Positions 35,470 through 48,756 are shown, counted from the first letter of the stretch. The stretch: DNA of 64,000 bases from Perkinsus olseni (GCA_013115125.1 JABANN010000049.1:1-64000); one strand, 5' to 3'. Numbers and translations are program-made. Notes: generated from the sequence alone by a model not told the origin.

Positions 35470-37581
35470 CTACTCTTGCTGCTGCTGTTGCTGTTCCCCT
35501 TCAGCGTTCTGGCTGACCGTACTCCACCGTCGAACTCCCTCAGAGGTCCCCTTCTCGTTAAGTACAGCAGCTGCGGCCATCATCAGAGACCTCCGACGCT
35601 CCTGCATCTGAGGGCCCAATATAGTATCAAGAGCGCTCGGCCTAGGTTGCCCTCCACCACCCATCAACTTCGACCCAATCCCTTGCCCGATCAATCTCGA
35701 TGCCCCAGCGGCTGATATCGAGCCCCTCGAGGCTGGCGGGGAGTGCATGATATGGCTAGCCCTGCTGCTGGTCGGAGGGGCCAACGCTGTGAGATCTGTC
35801 GGCAAGGAGGTATTGATCGCCCCCGATAAGGTTTTGTTCGCCGGAGACCCCGTACTCTGTCGTCGGCCCCCTGCTGCTACGTGGGGTATCGACTTCAACG
35901 CTTTCCGCTGCAGTACCGCATCAACCACATCGGCCACCGTTGCCCTCGTCGAGGGGCCCTCCGAAGGCTGAGGCCTCCACCCCCTCTCACTTCCCTTGAG
36001 CGGTGCCACATTCCGGGACTCCCCGATCGGAGGCAGCGCCCGGTTGGCAGAAGCATTGGAGCCCTTCCGACTGCCTGGCAGCAATCCCAGGGCATCAGAG
36101 TTCTTCCTACTCCCTTCAGCCGAGTCACATCGACTGTTCCTACGACTACTACGATTGGACGAGCGACCACTACCGTGGCCGGCTTCCACGACCCCCCTGC
36201 TGGTCATGTACATCCGGGGTATCGAGAACTGTCGACTGAACCTCCTTCCCTCCCCAGCATCATCACCCCTGCTCTCCTCACCACCCGTTCGATCCTCTCC
36301 CGGCGACGACTCAAAGGCCTCCTCTCTCAACGTATTAGAACGCAACGGCGCAGCGTCGCCCTTCGACGGTCGCCGCCTTGCTGTGTTCGCAGTGGATGGT
36401 GCGTGCTCAGCAGTGTGTTCCCTTGAGTAATGGTGGTATGCCTCCAGAGCCACTCCATCGCTCTGCATACCCGGTACGGGCCTAACCTCAATAACTGCCG
36501 GTCCGGCATAGGTCTCCTTGTCAGTAGCCGAGGCCTCAGCCAACCGTTTCCTGGCCCTCTCCGCCACTTTGGCTGCGTTCCTCCGACGGTCCTGGGCTCC
36601 GACTCGCTCATCCCTCCCCCAAGCAAAGGCCGTCTTGTCAATAATCTCAACAGGGGGCTCCTCACCTGTAAAGTAACTCGTCCAATACCCCTCTGGGCGG
36701 TCTGTCTCAAGCCTCTCCCTAGTGGTACGTCCGCTAGGCGGGTTAAGTATCTCCTCAGTGTAGAGGGGAAAGGAGCCGAACCTGCTGAACTGTTCCGGCT
36801 CATTATTCTTGCGGGCCTTGAACGGCGGGGCACTGCTTGCTGGCAACACAGTTCCCCATCTGTCGAACCGCGGTGTATCCCCCTCTCTCCCACGCAACCG
36901 CTGCAGATACCTGACAACAGTCATAGGTGCGATCTGATAGGGCCAAGAGGGCGCTAGTACCATCCATTGACCGCATCGCAGTGGCTACACACAGCACTGG
37001 TCATGCTGAAGCCTTTGATGAACCCCTTGCGGAAGGGCATCGGTGCCCCTAGGGGGTCACGAGGGATCAACGGCCGCAAGCTACATCGCCGCATCGAGAC
37101 CACCTGCGGGAAACCCTCCCAACGCGGTGCTCAACCGCCGTTCGAAGCCACCTACCCGACTCTTGACGCCGAGGCTGTTGGGGACGATGACCACGGGCAG
37201 GCGGGTCGATGGGTGCGGAGGAGCGGCCTTGGGTAGTAGCAAGGTATTGGAAACTACTGGTCTTTCATTTGGTTCGAGAGAGGGTGTCCGAGACAGGGCC
37301 GGAGTGACCGATGCAGCGGACGGCGCGATAGAGGGCGTTGCACTTCTCGAATTGGGGAGGTGCTTAACGTAGGCCCCCGAAGGAAGCAGCTCCCCAGTCA
37401 CAGGCTTCCCACAGCGAGGGCACTCCAGCGAAGGGAAACCTAGAAAATGCGTCATCACTACGAGGACGATGAACTCTAACTCACCCGGCGCTTGACGGCT
37501 CGACGGACGATCGGTCAGGGTCTTCGTCGGCAAGGAGACCAAACATATGCCAGAAAGTGGTCGGTCGTTTAGATCTGCCAT
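35470..37581 (-). CDS. Hypothetical low-complexity protein, multi-exon
   Basis: 497-aa terminal exon plus upstream exons (including a CPRC knuckle) joined by short introns. No family recognised. Confidence 0.65.
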
Positions 37582-37746
37582 TACGAGGAACCTCTGCTGT
37601 GGCTGTAGGAGAGGGTTCTAATTGCCAGCGCAACAGTGAGGGCTGTTAACAATGGAGAAGGGTTGACCCACGTAGTAGTGGTAAAAATTATGAGAAATAT
37701 TAACGACGGCGATGACAGGCTAGAGTGAACGATGTATCATCCACAG

Positions 37747-39978
37747 TCAATCCATAAGCTCGTTATAAAAGTAGCCGCTCTCGTCCTCTCCAGCCGTGGT
37801 CACTGGGCTCAGCTCCCCACTTTCACTGCCGTAGCGAGGAGAACGAAGGACCTGCCACCACAACCCTCGTGATGAGCGGACGACGATGGCAAACTTACAG
37901 TGAGGTGATTGAACTTCACTTGCTTGGTCCTCAGGTAGTCGATATTATTTCGATTCGGCCTCGCGGGGACTGCCCGGACCTCCGAGACCAACTCCCCCAA
38001 GGCCGCGACCTTGGCTGGGTTGTTCGTGTACAGCATGACGCTGCGGATGCCAAGGTGCTTCAAGGCCTGCAGGGATGGTGAGGGAAGGAAGAGAGAGAAC
38101 ACAGCAGCAGATCTCATCACCCGCCTAGCGTCGGCGAATTCCCGGCAATCAGGAGCGTATCCGAGCTTGAGGTTGGACTCCACCGTGTCGAGGCCATCTT
38201 CGTCCTGAAGGTTGTATGCTTTGATCTTATTGGCTAGACCGATACCTGTCACGACAACGCCAGACTGAGGAGGGCATCCCTATCCTTCCCAACAGTGGTG
38301 AGTATTACCCCGGCCCTCGTGTCCCCTAATATACAGTAATACCGCTCTCTCCTCCTCGTCCAGGGTTACCAAAAAGTCCAGCAACTGGTCACCACAATCA
38401 CACCTGTCGTGGCAAGAGCATCATAGAACACTATCCATCACCCTCCCTACTTCATGCTGCGTAAAACATCTCCCGTAAAGCACTCAGAGTGAACACGGAC
38501 CGGCACGTCCGACTCTGCAGACGACCGTTGAGCGAGGCTTGGGCAGCAAAGAGGCTCACCTCCATCCACATTACCCTTGATGAGGGTTACTATCTCCAGG
38601 GAGGGGTCAGAGCATCCCCGATACACTCGAAGATCACAGTGGCTGGTGTAGCGGAGGTGATGCAGGGGGACACGGCAAGATGATAACTGCGCAGGGCTGG
38701 AACTGGAAGGGGGATCAACGCCCTAGCCTCTCACCATCTCGATCGGAGGAGGTCTGTTGTCTTCAACAATGGTCGTGGTGTTAGTTACTTCATCCGGGTG
38801 GGTATTGTAGATGTCACTGTACTGCGTAGCATACTCCTTCAGCGATACCGTGGTTATCTGATAGAAAAACCGTAAACTCACTAGACCACACTCGCGGCCC
38901 TAGCAGAGCTCCCCTAGATTAATTCATGCCTATCCATGATTCAAGCTATACAGGAGTCTTCTTGAAGTGTTTTTGATGTTGGTCACAAATACCAGTTTTT
39001 TAATTTTAGCAAGCCTCGTCCGGCTTGGTGATTCGTCAGCCTCCTTGAAGCGATCCGAGCCCGACTGTCCAGTGCGGCTCATCATCAAGAGTACAACAGT
39101 ACTAGGATTACCAGAGGTATCTGATGGTCCCTAGCAAAAGCCTTGCAGTCCTCCAAGCGCATCATCTCTCCCTCATCATCCATCATCTCGGCGATACCGG
39201 CAACAGTCTCTACGCCAGCCAGTCGGCATAGATCGTACCTAACACCATAGCTACCGAGTAGCCCTACACGAAGGACGAGATACCCTACGCGCTCTCAGTA
39301 TGACCATCCCGTTCGGTGAGCCCTCCTGGTCTAGCGCAAAGTGGGAACATGTGTCCTGATGATGCAACGCCACCACTGTCACGCACAGTCCTAGGGGACT
39401 GATGACCCACCAGGCTTGCTGAAGTCCTCGGCACTGTTATTGAGATCCATGAAGGCCTTCAAGGTGTTCACTCTGAGACGGTCCGCGCGTGAACGGCGCC
39501 CGGCAGATGTGTGTCGCCTCACCTGTCTTGAGCGCTGACACCGGTCGTCGTGGTTGGTATATGGTCCGTGGCAACATGGAAGTTGGTACCGTTGGAATCA
39601 GTATTATTAGGCGTGGCGACGTGTAACCTGAAGAGAGGGCTCAGAGGCGGGCCAGGGTAGGGGTGGGCTACCCGAAGGTATCCAATCTCTTCTTGTCCGT
39701 CACGATGCATACGATACCCGTCGAATAGCGTATCATAAATGCCATATCCTGCATGCTTCAACCTCGGATTCCCTAGGTATAACTACTGCTACCTGCTTAG
39801 TACAGCCTCGAGCGCTGATCATGAAATCACACTCATTCTCTCTATCGAGTCTGTCCATGACCATCACCTGACAACCCAACCCCTACCGCCACCACTACCA
39901 CAAATCCACCGCTACCATCTTGCCCTCCCTAAACGCATTGATAGCCCCTTCAACGTTGGCACGGTCTTGAGGGTCCAT
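37747..39978 (-). CDS. ribBA: Bifunctional DHBP synthase / GTP cyclohydrolase II (riboflavin synthesis), multi-exon
   Basis: N-half: [40 protein letters not shown]-half: [50 protein letters not shown]. Confidence 0.96.
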
Positions 39979-40201
39979 CGTCGAAAAATGCGGTGAAAAA
40001 CTAGTAAAAAAACAGCACAGGCTCCTCAGCAATCTGTCCCGTTAGGGGATGATGAATTCGGAAGCCAGATCAGAATGAACTACATCTACCCGTCCGAGAA
40101 CGTGCTCCTAAACGGACGGAAATTTTCAACCCAACTTGCGTGCGAGCGAAGCGGACGTGGCAGGGCGCGCGCTTTTTACATGCGCGATGATGAGGGTGTA
40201 A

Positions 40202-42932
40202 CAGGTTTCGCCAAGTCGAATTCCGCCAAATCGTTGCCAACCGGATTTCCAGGGGCACAAGTATAATTTTTAGGGGGAATACGATGGTAGAGACCGGAGA
40301 AGGCCAACTTGGCGGCCTCTGAATGGGAACAGACATGGCAGAATTTTTCTGCGGATTCCTGACTTTGTTGGCGAAGTGGAATCATTGTCTGAAATCCATG
40401 CCCCCGCCGGGTTTCGCCGTTAGAGTTGGGGTCGGCAGATTTGGACATTTTGGCGTTTTCGTGATGAACGTAGGTTCTGCCAAGTTGGCAAAAGTGGCAG
40501 ATTACGCCACGGTGTAACTTGCACCACCGTGGAGCCTGCTTCCCATTTATTCCACGGAGCACTGGCGGATGACAGACCAATGCATGTTCATTCCATAGGA
40601 CAAAACGAGGGCCATAGCGAAGCTAGTCTAGGCCGCGTAGACTAACACGCCTAGACTAGGCGTGTTCGCGTACTCCCCAGGGTCTGGACAGTGCCCAGGC
40701 CAGACATAGTCCGTCTGGCAGAACCTTCATTTATACCATGTTTCCTACACATCGTCTGTGCTACTAGGCTCTTCTGTGATCTTCTCAAGTTGAGACGTTG
40801 AGGGCTTTTACACAATAGTGTCCCATTTAAGTGAACACGCTTCATCCCTCTCGCCGAAGGCTTCAGAGGCCTATGAATTGGGTGTATTATGCATTCAACG
40901 AAGCTTTGTCAATGCGTTTATTGAATATTACTCAACTGCCTTGATTCAAGTTCCCATGATTTTGCTTGTTAAAGCCGGCCTATGTCAGCACAAAGCCCAC
41001 ACTAACAGCAGTTAAATAAGTATAGTAACTACTGATGATTCGACTCCGAAGGTTTCAGCAGCCGAGATCTCTGCTTTCCCGCTTTGACCCTGTCACAAGG
41101 TCCTGTCGCAGGGCGAGCGACGATTGAGCGGAGCGCAGCCATCTAGACTAACTATTCCAGATGATCACTTTGTATATGATGATTAATTAACGTCGTATAT
41201 CGTTGAGCTCTCTAATCGTCGATAGTTCTGTGATGATTAGTGATTTGTTATATCACTTTGCCTTTCATGCCCTCTGACAACGGCGATGATCCGTCCCAGA
41301 AGCCTGTAGATCCTACTATTCAGAAACAGTCTGTCGAGTTAACTCCCGAGGAGTTGGTGCTCTTGAAGAAGATCCGCGCAATGGAATTGGCGGGCCGTGA
41401 GCCACTACACTCGAGTGATGGAGACAGAGTCTCCCAGACTGGCATCAGGGATCCGAAGAGAGCAGGCCATCCACTGGGGCGTGAAATGGCATAGTCTTCT
41501 GATAACTATTCGGTACCGGTTAAGTCTGCTCATGATGCTCTCTGAGAGTAATGCAGGTTCTATGCATTTCTGATAACGACGCGTTCTATCTGCAGGGAGG
41601 TGTCTCGTAGACGTGATGCTGAATGGCTGGTAGAAGCAACGAAAGACCCCCATGTGAGGAATGACATTCACCGCAGCCCTCCGTAGAGTGTGATGGTATG
41701 AAGTCTCTAAGTGCTCAGGCACCTTACATACCACATTTTCAACGTTCAGTGCCCAATAGGTATCCGTATCCACTTGAGAAACATTGCTCGCACACCAACG
41801 CCCAATAAAATACCACTGAACTTCCGTATGACCGAAAAACAATAGCACTGAGTTGTCAGCGAGATTGAGAATGAGACAACAAATACGACGAACTCGAAGA
41901 GCATATCCGTCACGATGACGTGATCACTGATCAGAGTGCTAGTCTAAGCGATACGCGTGAATCGAACTTACCCAGTCCATCCACACTGTAGAGTCGACAG
42001 TCATTGCCATGAAACGCCTACGCGATAGAAAGGTAACCAGCCGGGCTAGTCCAGTCCGACTTTAGGCGAGTAGTGATCCGGAAAAGGGAAGTAGTCTCGG
42101 ACTACTAATCTGCTAGTAGTCTGAATAGTGATGTTCCATTCAATCACTGACTTCCGCGAGGCCACCTCCGCAGTACTAGTGAGACACTCGGAAGTCAAGG
42201 CAACAACTATCCATCCCTACTTCGCGACCAATCCACCCCGTTTTCTGTATTGGCAACTCTCTTCGCGTTCCCGAAGAAGTTTTCCGTTCCACTCAACACT
42301 GCCAGCCTGGCAGTGCCAGGTCATTGAGAGCCCCATCTCGTGTGATGACTATCCTCATTAGTAATGAGTCATTATCCGAGCGGCATGAGAGTGTTCATGA
42401 TGTCGACGGCACGGTGACACGAAGTCGAGTGTTAAACTTTGTTGGCGAATTCAAGGCACAAATGAACTCCGCCAAGCAGATTCGGACGACACACTTATGG
42501 CGGAATACGTTACCTAGCAGGTCCGGAAGTATTTTTATGCGAAATCTGGACGGGCACCACATTTCACCCAACTCGGTGAATTCCCTGTGGCGAACTTCTC
42601 ACCAAAATAACGCGTCATTTCAGGTGATTTTACGTAAAACCAGCAGACTTCGCCGAAACTTACCTCTAAATTAACTGTTTTCTCTTCCTAGCACAGAAGA
42701 CACCAACCGTATCTTGGCGAAACCCAATCCCAGCGACAGGTTTGAGCGCGCGGGCGAGCGCATTTCAAATTTTGGCGAAGCGCCATCAGCGGAAAATACG
42801 GCCAAACCCGGTTGATCTCTGATCTGAGTTGGTGTTTTCCCGTCTGAGGGCGGCCTATACCAGCTTTCGCCAACCACGCGTTTGGACAACCGAAAAGGGG
42901 TTTTGCCAAGTTTGGTGAGTTGGCGAAACCTG
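40202..42932. mobile_element. Putative non-autonomous TIR DNA transposon (~2.7 kb)
   Basis: Perfect 13-bp inverted termini CAGGTTTCGCCAA (40202-40214) / TTGGCGAAACCTG (42920-42932). Dense GCCAA/TTGGC-type repeats in both subterminal regions. Gene-free interval. No TSD or transposase ORF found. Confidence 0.7.
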
Positions 42933-43005
42933 GCGCTCCGGATGATGGTGATGATGATAATACCGCCGCTGCATCGATAGATTTCTCGTTGTCTGGTTTC
43001 CTATT

Positions 43006-43476
43006 ATGGCGTCCGTACCTTCAGAAGGCCCCACTGGCTGTCAATCCAGTGGGGGTCCTCTGGCTGAGCGGTCCAGTAGTACCACTAAAGCGAGCGAGGA
43101 TTCCCCTTCCAGTGGTGGTCGTCAATCGCCATCACGATCATCGACAAGGGAGGGTATAGAAGAGGGACTATCACTGACCAGTGCAAGCGTCATAATTCTT
43201 GCTAGGAGGCTCAGCCGTAGGTCTGTGAAACCGGTGACACCGGTACTAAAACGAAGACGAGGATCGGCGCCAATGGTGAACGCGGCGTTGAAGGGAACGG
43301 TAACGCACAACTTACCGCCGGAAGCGATGGGAGGAAGACGGGCGTCGGCTGATGGTTGTTTACGGCCTAAGAGCCAGTGTGAGAATCAGGTGAGTATCTT
43401 AACTCGGACCTTGCAAGATACAAAACAGGTCAAGTTGACGGTCTTTTCAGTCGGGAGTGAACGCCCCCAAGTCTAA
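43006..43476 (+). CDS. Possible hypothetical Ser-rich protein or fragment
   Basis: 156-aa ORF starting with ATG right after the element. Low complexity, no family recognised. Confidence 0.25.
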   Translation: MASVPSEGPTGCQSSGGPLAERSSSTTKASEDSPSSGGRQSPSRSSTREGIEEGLSLTSASVIILARRLSRRSVKPVTPVLKRRRGSAPMVNAALKGTVTHNLPPEAMGGRRASADGCLRPKSQCENQVSILTRTLQDTKQVKLTVFSVGSERPQV

Positions 43477-43759
43477 TACGTCATATTCAGTAGAGTCCAG
43501 TGCCCAACGCCTTATTGAAGGTTCGGGTATGATTAACTCTGGTAAGCTGACCCGTACCTCCTCCATCCCCATGAGGTTCAGTCTGACCCGCTAGACTACC
43601 GTCACTCTGTGCATGTCACCATTGTCACTCTAATATCTATCACCAGCTGTATTCATCAACAGCAGCCTGCAAGTACGACCACAGTGACGTCTTCTGTTGA
43701 AAATCCGTAGCTCGATTCTATGCTACTTTTACAGCTATTACTTCTCCTCTAACTTCGCG

Positions 43760-46347
43760 ATGCTACTTGGCATGCTCCTGACAACTGTGCTGGTCGCAAT
43801 TACAGCGGCTTTTGACGGCTCCTTTGGAGGCTCCCAGGTCATCCAGGACAACGGCGACTCATTCCTTACGGTCTTGGTGAAGGTAGTAGTACCGGGTATG
43901 GGCCACCGGGTGGGTCTGCCGAGTCCTAGGTGGGAGAGAAGGTCATCAAAGTAATCCCCGACAGCGGGTCCTTTGACCTCTACCTCATCGACCAAGGCTC
44001 CTGCTCCAAAGGCCTCGGTCTGTGCCGGCTGGCCTACAATTCTAAAGAGTACTATCATCATACTCCACCCCTGCTCAGTAGCCCCTCAGGTCTGACACAC
44101 ATAAGTGCCCTGACGGGGACGTCATCAAGGACGTGGTCTTCGGCAGCGGTACGGCTAGGTGCCGTCTGGGCTTCGATAAGGCTGAACTGGTAGTAGTAGT
44201 GGTGGTAGCAGTAGGATCGTGGTGGTGTATGGAGGCGCGCTCGTAAGGATGTTATTAATGGAGCGCAGTGGCATCATTTTACCGTTATTCGAGTCGCGCA
44301 CGTCCCCTAGATGGATATAAGCCCTTGCTGACTGACTGGTGGTAGCAGTAATAGTTGCTGTAGTAGTGTTGAGACTATGGTCGGCGGTGTATGGGAGTTT
44401 GTAGGTTAATAATGATGAGATCAGCCTCAAGAACGACGTCAAGGAGTTGGAGCATCCAGCGTCTCTGATCCGGAAGGGACCCCCTAAGGTCCTCTTCCCT
44501 CTGTGGCAGATCTTCGCCTTGGACGAGGGCCTCCTCAGAATGTAGCATCATCAGCTACCCAGGAGTAATGCAGGAATGCTCCTTCCTGTCTCAGTTGGGG
44601 CGATGGTAAGGGTTTCCAAGGCATACTAGGTATGGGCTACAAGGCAGGCGAGGACGTCAGCCCTGATGAGGTACCACAATTCGCTGCACTTCTGATGCAC
44701 CCTGTTCACTGGTGTGGTCGCCCACTCCTGCATCGAGTGTCCGAGTGGGAGCGCCGCATCGGTGAAGGGACTGCGTCTGTCCGTTGGGCGTGTCTGCTAC
44801 AAGAACTGTTGAAGGTGTGGTATTGCAGGCTTTAAAGCAACTCAATGCAACTGAAGGAGTATCAGCAGTGACTGGCATCTCGACCCTCGCGCCCGGCGAA
44901 GGGGCCTCAGAGCTCTTCACTGACAAGTTCGCCATCTGCCTTCCGAGAGGCTCCCGGGTGAGGGCCTCTTTGCTCCCCTTGCCACTACACACGATCCCCT
45001 CTAGGCTAAGAAGCTCGTCTTGCCGGAGATGGCTTCGCGGTTGCGTAGCACTCCCAAGGCCCTCTCTTTATCCGCGAGTGATCGTACTGGTGCTGCCGGT
45101 CCAAAGTTCGAAGACACCCTTGGTAATGGTGATGATACAGGTGGGGGTCCGAGGGTCTCATCCCCTATTATGACTGCTGCTGTCAGGCATGCTCTGGTGG
45201 GGTGCTTCCATACCTCGCTCCCGTAAGTTCGCCATCAATACCCCAGTAATAGGGGTGAGGCACTGGACCATCGGCGTCAAGAGCGTCCAGGTAGTAGCGG
45301 GCCCACCGCGGTACTTGTTATGCATTGCTATCTGCTTCAGGTCGTGGACTCGTCCAGTAAGGGCAACCCCGTCCTGACCTCCTTCTGTGATGGCAAGTCG
45401 CCGTGCGCGGCCCTGGTCGACAGTGGTACGTTGGCTTTCGTCCGATACCGCGACCCGCCCTCCCCAGGCACGTCTCTGTTCGCCTTACCGGTGCCGAGAG
45501 TGAAGGAAATTTTCAGAAGTCTGGGGGACCTGAAACTGGACTGTTCCAATGTGCAGGACCTCCCAGACATCCAGTAGGCTCAGTCGCCACTCCCTACGAG
45601 CCTTGATGATGGCCGTGCAGGATTGCCGTGGGGGACTCGGAGCACCCATTGGTCATCACGCCCGAGTCCTACGTCATGAAGGTGCAAGCTCACGACCTGC
45701 CTCTGTACGAGGCCCTCGGCCAAAGCCTGATGATGGCCGGGGATCTCCAGCAGGTCAAGAGAACAGCCAACCCCAACGTCACGCTATGTAGACTGGCCTC
45801 TGTAAACCTCCGGCCACCCCATCACCATCAGGCCTGCCAGCTTTCATGGCATCGCCCGTCTCCAAAGGCACCGTCAAGGATATGCCTTCTTACGTCCAGA
45901 CCGGAGACCACCTGACAGAGATGATGGTAGAAGAGTCCCCTGAGCTCCTTGTTGAGCTTCGACCGTTCAGATACTGGGCATACCAATTTTCCGCGAGTAC
46001 ACCGTCATGTTTGATCGCCAGTCCAGCGTCATCGCCTTCGACAGGTGCCGCCCTCTGCTCCTGGCCGAGTCGCCGAGCAGTTTCCCTTAGGAACCCCGAT
46101 GACAGCGTCAGCTGCAGCAGCACTACCCCACCGACCTCCCTCCTCCACCAAGGTCGCACCACCAGAAATGGCGGACGACCCCTCACTGTAGCAGGCACCC
46201 CCCATTATGTCCTATGATCATCGTCGTCTCTAGATCCGCGACATGCCGCCCCCGGAGAGCCTCGTCTTCCCTTCGGGCTTGGACTCCCTACACATGATGA
46301 CCCCGCCGTCCAGTGGGGCTGTCGTCGGCTCCGAAAGGATCCTCTAA
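43760..46347 (+). CDS. Pepsin-like (A1) aspartic protease with signal peptide, multi-exon
   Basis: Signal MLLGMLLTTVLVAITAA. Catalytic motifs IPDSGSFD and CAALVDSGTS. C-terminal ILGIPIFREYTVMFDR. The last exons are less certain. Confidence 0.88.
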
Positions 46348-46499
46348 CACCATGCTCGTGTAGCCTGCTGCTGCTGTCCACTATCGTCTCGGTTGAGTTT
46401 CTAGTACGGTATCAATACCGGCTGTACCTCCTTCTTGTCTTTACCTCGCCATATGCCCCTTCCCCCACCACCATAAGGGCCTCCCATCTCCCACACAGA

Positions 46500-47986
46500 T
46501 GCTCATGTCTCAGGCCCCCCGTGCATCATCGGTGTTACCACTGTCATCTGCAGTAGTTGTTGCGTTCTCTCTACTACTACTCCCCTCCTTCTGTGCCGGC
46601 ATCTTCAGTCCCTTGTTATACTTTCCGAGAGTGCCTCTGTGACACCGTGCTGAAGTCAAGTCTCTGGTTTTGTTATTTTTTTAGGGTTGTTGTGGCGCGG
46701 CTGCATCTGGGTAAGCGAAAAAGTCGACCGCCGCTCCCCCTGAGATCCCTTGCAGGTTGTTCGGGCCCGAACCCCACCCCACCCAGCGTGGTACTGCAGA
46801 TAGTCTTGGGCGCATCAGAGCCTCCGAAACTGAAGCATTTCGCCTGCTACTACGGGAGCCCCCACTGCAGCGTCACGCTGCACTCGGCCCAAGTGGGCGC
46901 CAACAGGACCCTGCACGGCATAGCGCATTCTTCGGGACCGGTCAAGCAGGCCTTCACGTACGCTTTGATCGACTATGGTCCTCGGCTGCCATTGGTCGGC
47001 TCAGGTCGATTGGGGAGTTGCTGCTGTTGCCTGATGGCGGGTCGTTGATGGTAGCGTCTCCGGAGCCTCTCTTCACAGCGGACGAGCATCGTGCTCGTCA
47101 GGTCTGGTTTATACCGCAGTACATCCCAGTGGGTACGTACGACCTTCACGCCTCCTCGACGGACGCAATAGACGGCGCCAAGAAGTTTGGACAATTCTTG
47201 TCCATGCCCACTCCCAGGCCAAGTAGGTCCATGGACTCCATGGCCACATCGATACCCTCTCATTCTCAGTGCCTCCCGCCAGTACAACCGCAGGACCTTC
47301 GCCCCCTACCCCCACCCGTAGGGTCTCTCTGCCCTTATTACCATACCCTCACCGACTTCTCAGATTCCGTAACGATGCCGTCTAAGGAGTCGCTCTTACT
47401 GAGCGCTTTGGTGGCTGGTGCTGTCGGCTTCGGGATTTCCATTGTGACCTCGATAATCGCTTTTTGCTTTTATCGCTTCTGCTTTCTTCGCATCCGGTCC
47501 TCTTCGGAAGCCTACCGTCCGTCCACAGCCTCGCCCTATCCCGGCCTCATCAGCCACCAGGAGGCCTGCGAGATGAGCCCATCCCTCATCACGCTGCCTT
47601 CCATCTCCGTCAGCCCAGTAGGTCCAACTGTGACAGCAGTGATAATCAGTTGCCTCGTCTCTGCTGCTGCTAGGTTCACTCTCAGACAGCACTACTCCAC
47701 CCCGGCTTCGGCAACAGCCCTTCCAGTAGGGACGCCACGTCGACTATGGACAGCGTCAGCGATTATGATGAAGCCTCGTTGCCGCCATCCCGTCACTCGT
47801 TCCACGGCCTTCGTGCCTACCTCTACACCCTCAGTTGATCTCGGGCGTGTGGAGGTCGCTGTTGCCCGAATAGCGGTAGTCGAAGGCCGTCCAATTTTGT
47901 CTTTCGTCTGGTGTACGGATGGTCTCACGGTCTTACCTCTTGGCCGTTCGGTCCTCATCATCCGTTATTCCCAGTCAGGTATTTAA
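46500..47986 (+). CDS. Hypothetical single-pass membrane protein, multi-exon
   Basis: Long ORF with a clear TM segment (LLLSALVAGAVGFGISIVTSIIAFCFYRFCF) after a Pro/Ser-rich stalk. Boundaries uncertain. Confidence 0.5.
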
Positions 47987-48132
47987 TGTAAACGACCATT
48001 GATTCTCATCATTTTATGCTCCTCCGGAACGGCCAGTAACGATTATAAGGGGATATTCCGTTTCTCGGAGACAACAGCAGCCTTGCGTTGCCGGGAGAAG
48101 GAAGCATCGAGGCGTCAGGGCGCCCTCCTAGA

Positions 48133-48658
48133 ATGTCCCTCTTCCCGTCCGACACAGACGATGAGATGAAGGCCTTGAAAGGCGCCAGCTTGGATGAGGT
48201 AGCGTGGCGTTACTCTCCTCAGTCCACCGATGAGTGTCAGGTCATCACCGCCCGGGATTGCGTGATATTTTCAACACCAGCATGCGGGTGGTGTATCAAG
48301 GCGAAGAGGTTCCTAACAGAGGACCTCATGGTCCGCTGTAGCTTCTACAGTCTCCATGAGTAGGTCACAGCTGCATGTGTACTCCTTAGTCGTCAGTCAG
48401 CTCTCCACTGCTCGCGAGGGATCTCATCAATAAGACCGGCATGAGGACGGTGCCCAACATCTACATTAAAGGGCGGCATGTAGGAGGCTATGACGAGCTA
48501 CAGAAAATGTAGGGGAAGGCCACGGCCCTGGCGGCCCGCTGGGATGGCTTCACTTCAGCTACAGGAAGTGCCGTAGTGGGGACCCAGTAGACACCGACCA
48601 GCCAATATGTGATTTCATGGCGCGCGGTCATGATGCAGTTTTAAAGGCTTCCGAGTAG
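48133..48658 (+). CDS. Dithiol glutaredoxin, multi-exon
   Basis: VIFSTPACGWCIKAKRFL (CxxC) and TGMRTVPNIYIKGRHVGGYDEL (TVP and GG motifs). Start uncertain. Confidence 0.9.
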
Positions 48659-48756
48659 AGGGTATAGAGCCTCGAGTTTCAGCGTGTACAGCATCTTGTT
48701 GGGTTCACGAGTGCTACGCATCAGCCGCGTTCAAACGCAGAGGAGGTGCTTCTGTT

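Noticed and set aside
41240-41848. ORFs inside the TIR element as a transposase
   Set aside because: Short and interrupted, with no recognisable DDE, BED-finger or hAT dimerisation motif.
25665-48658. FTR, RibBA, NRAMP and glutaredoxin as a functional redox gene cluster
   Set aside because: They are interspersed with unrelated housekeeping genes on both strands; nothing suggests co-regulation beyond chance in a compact genome.
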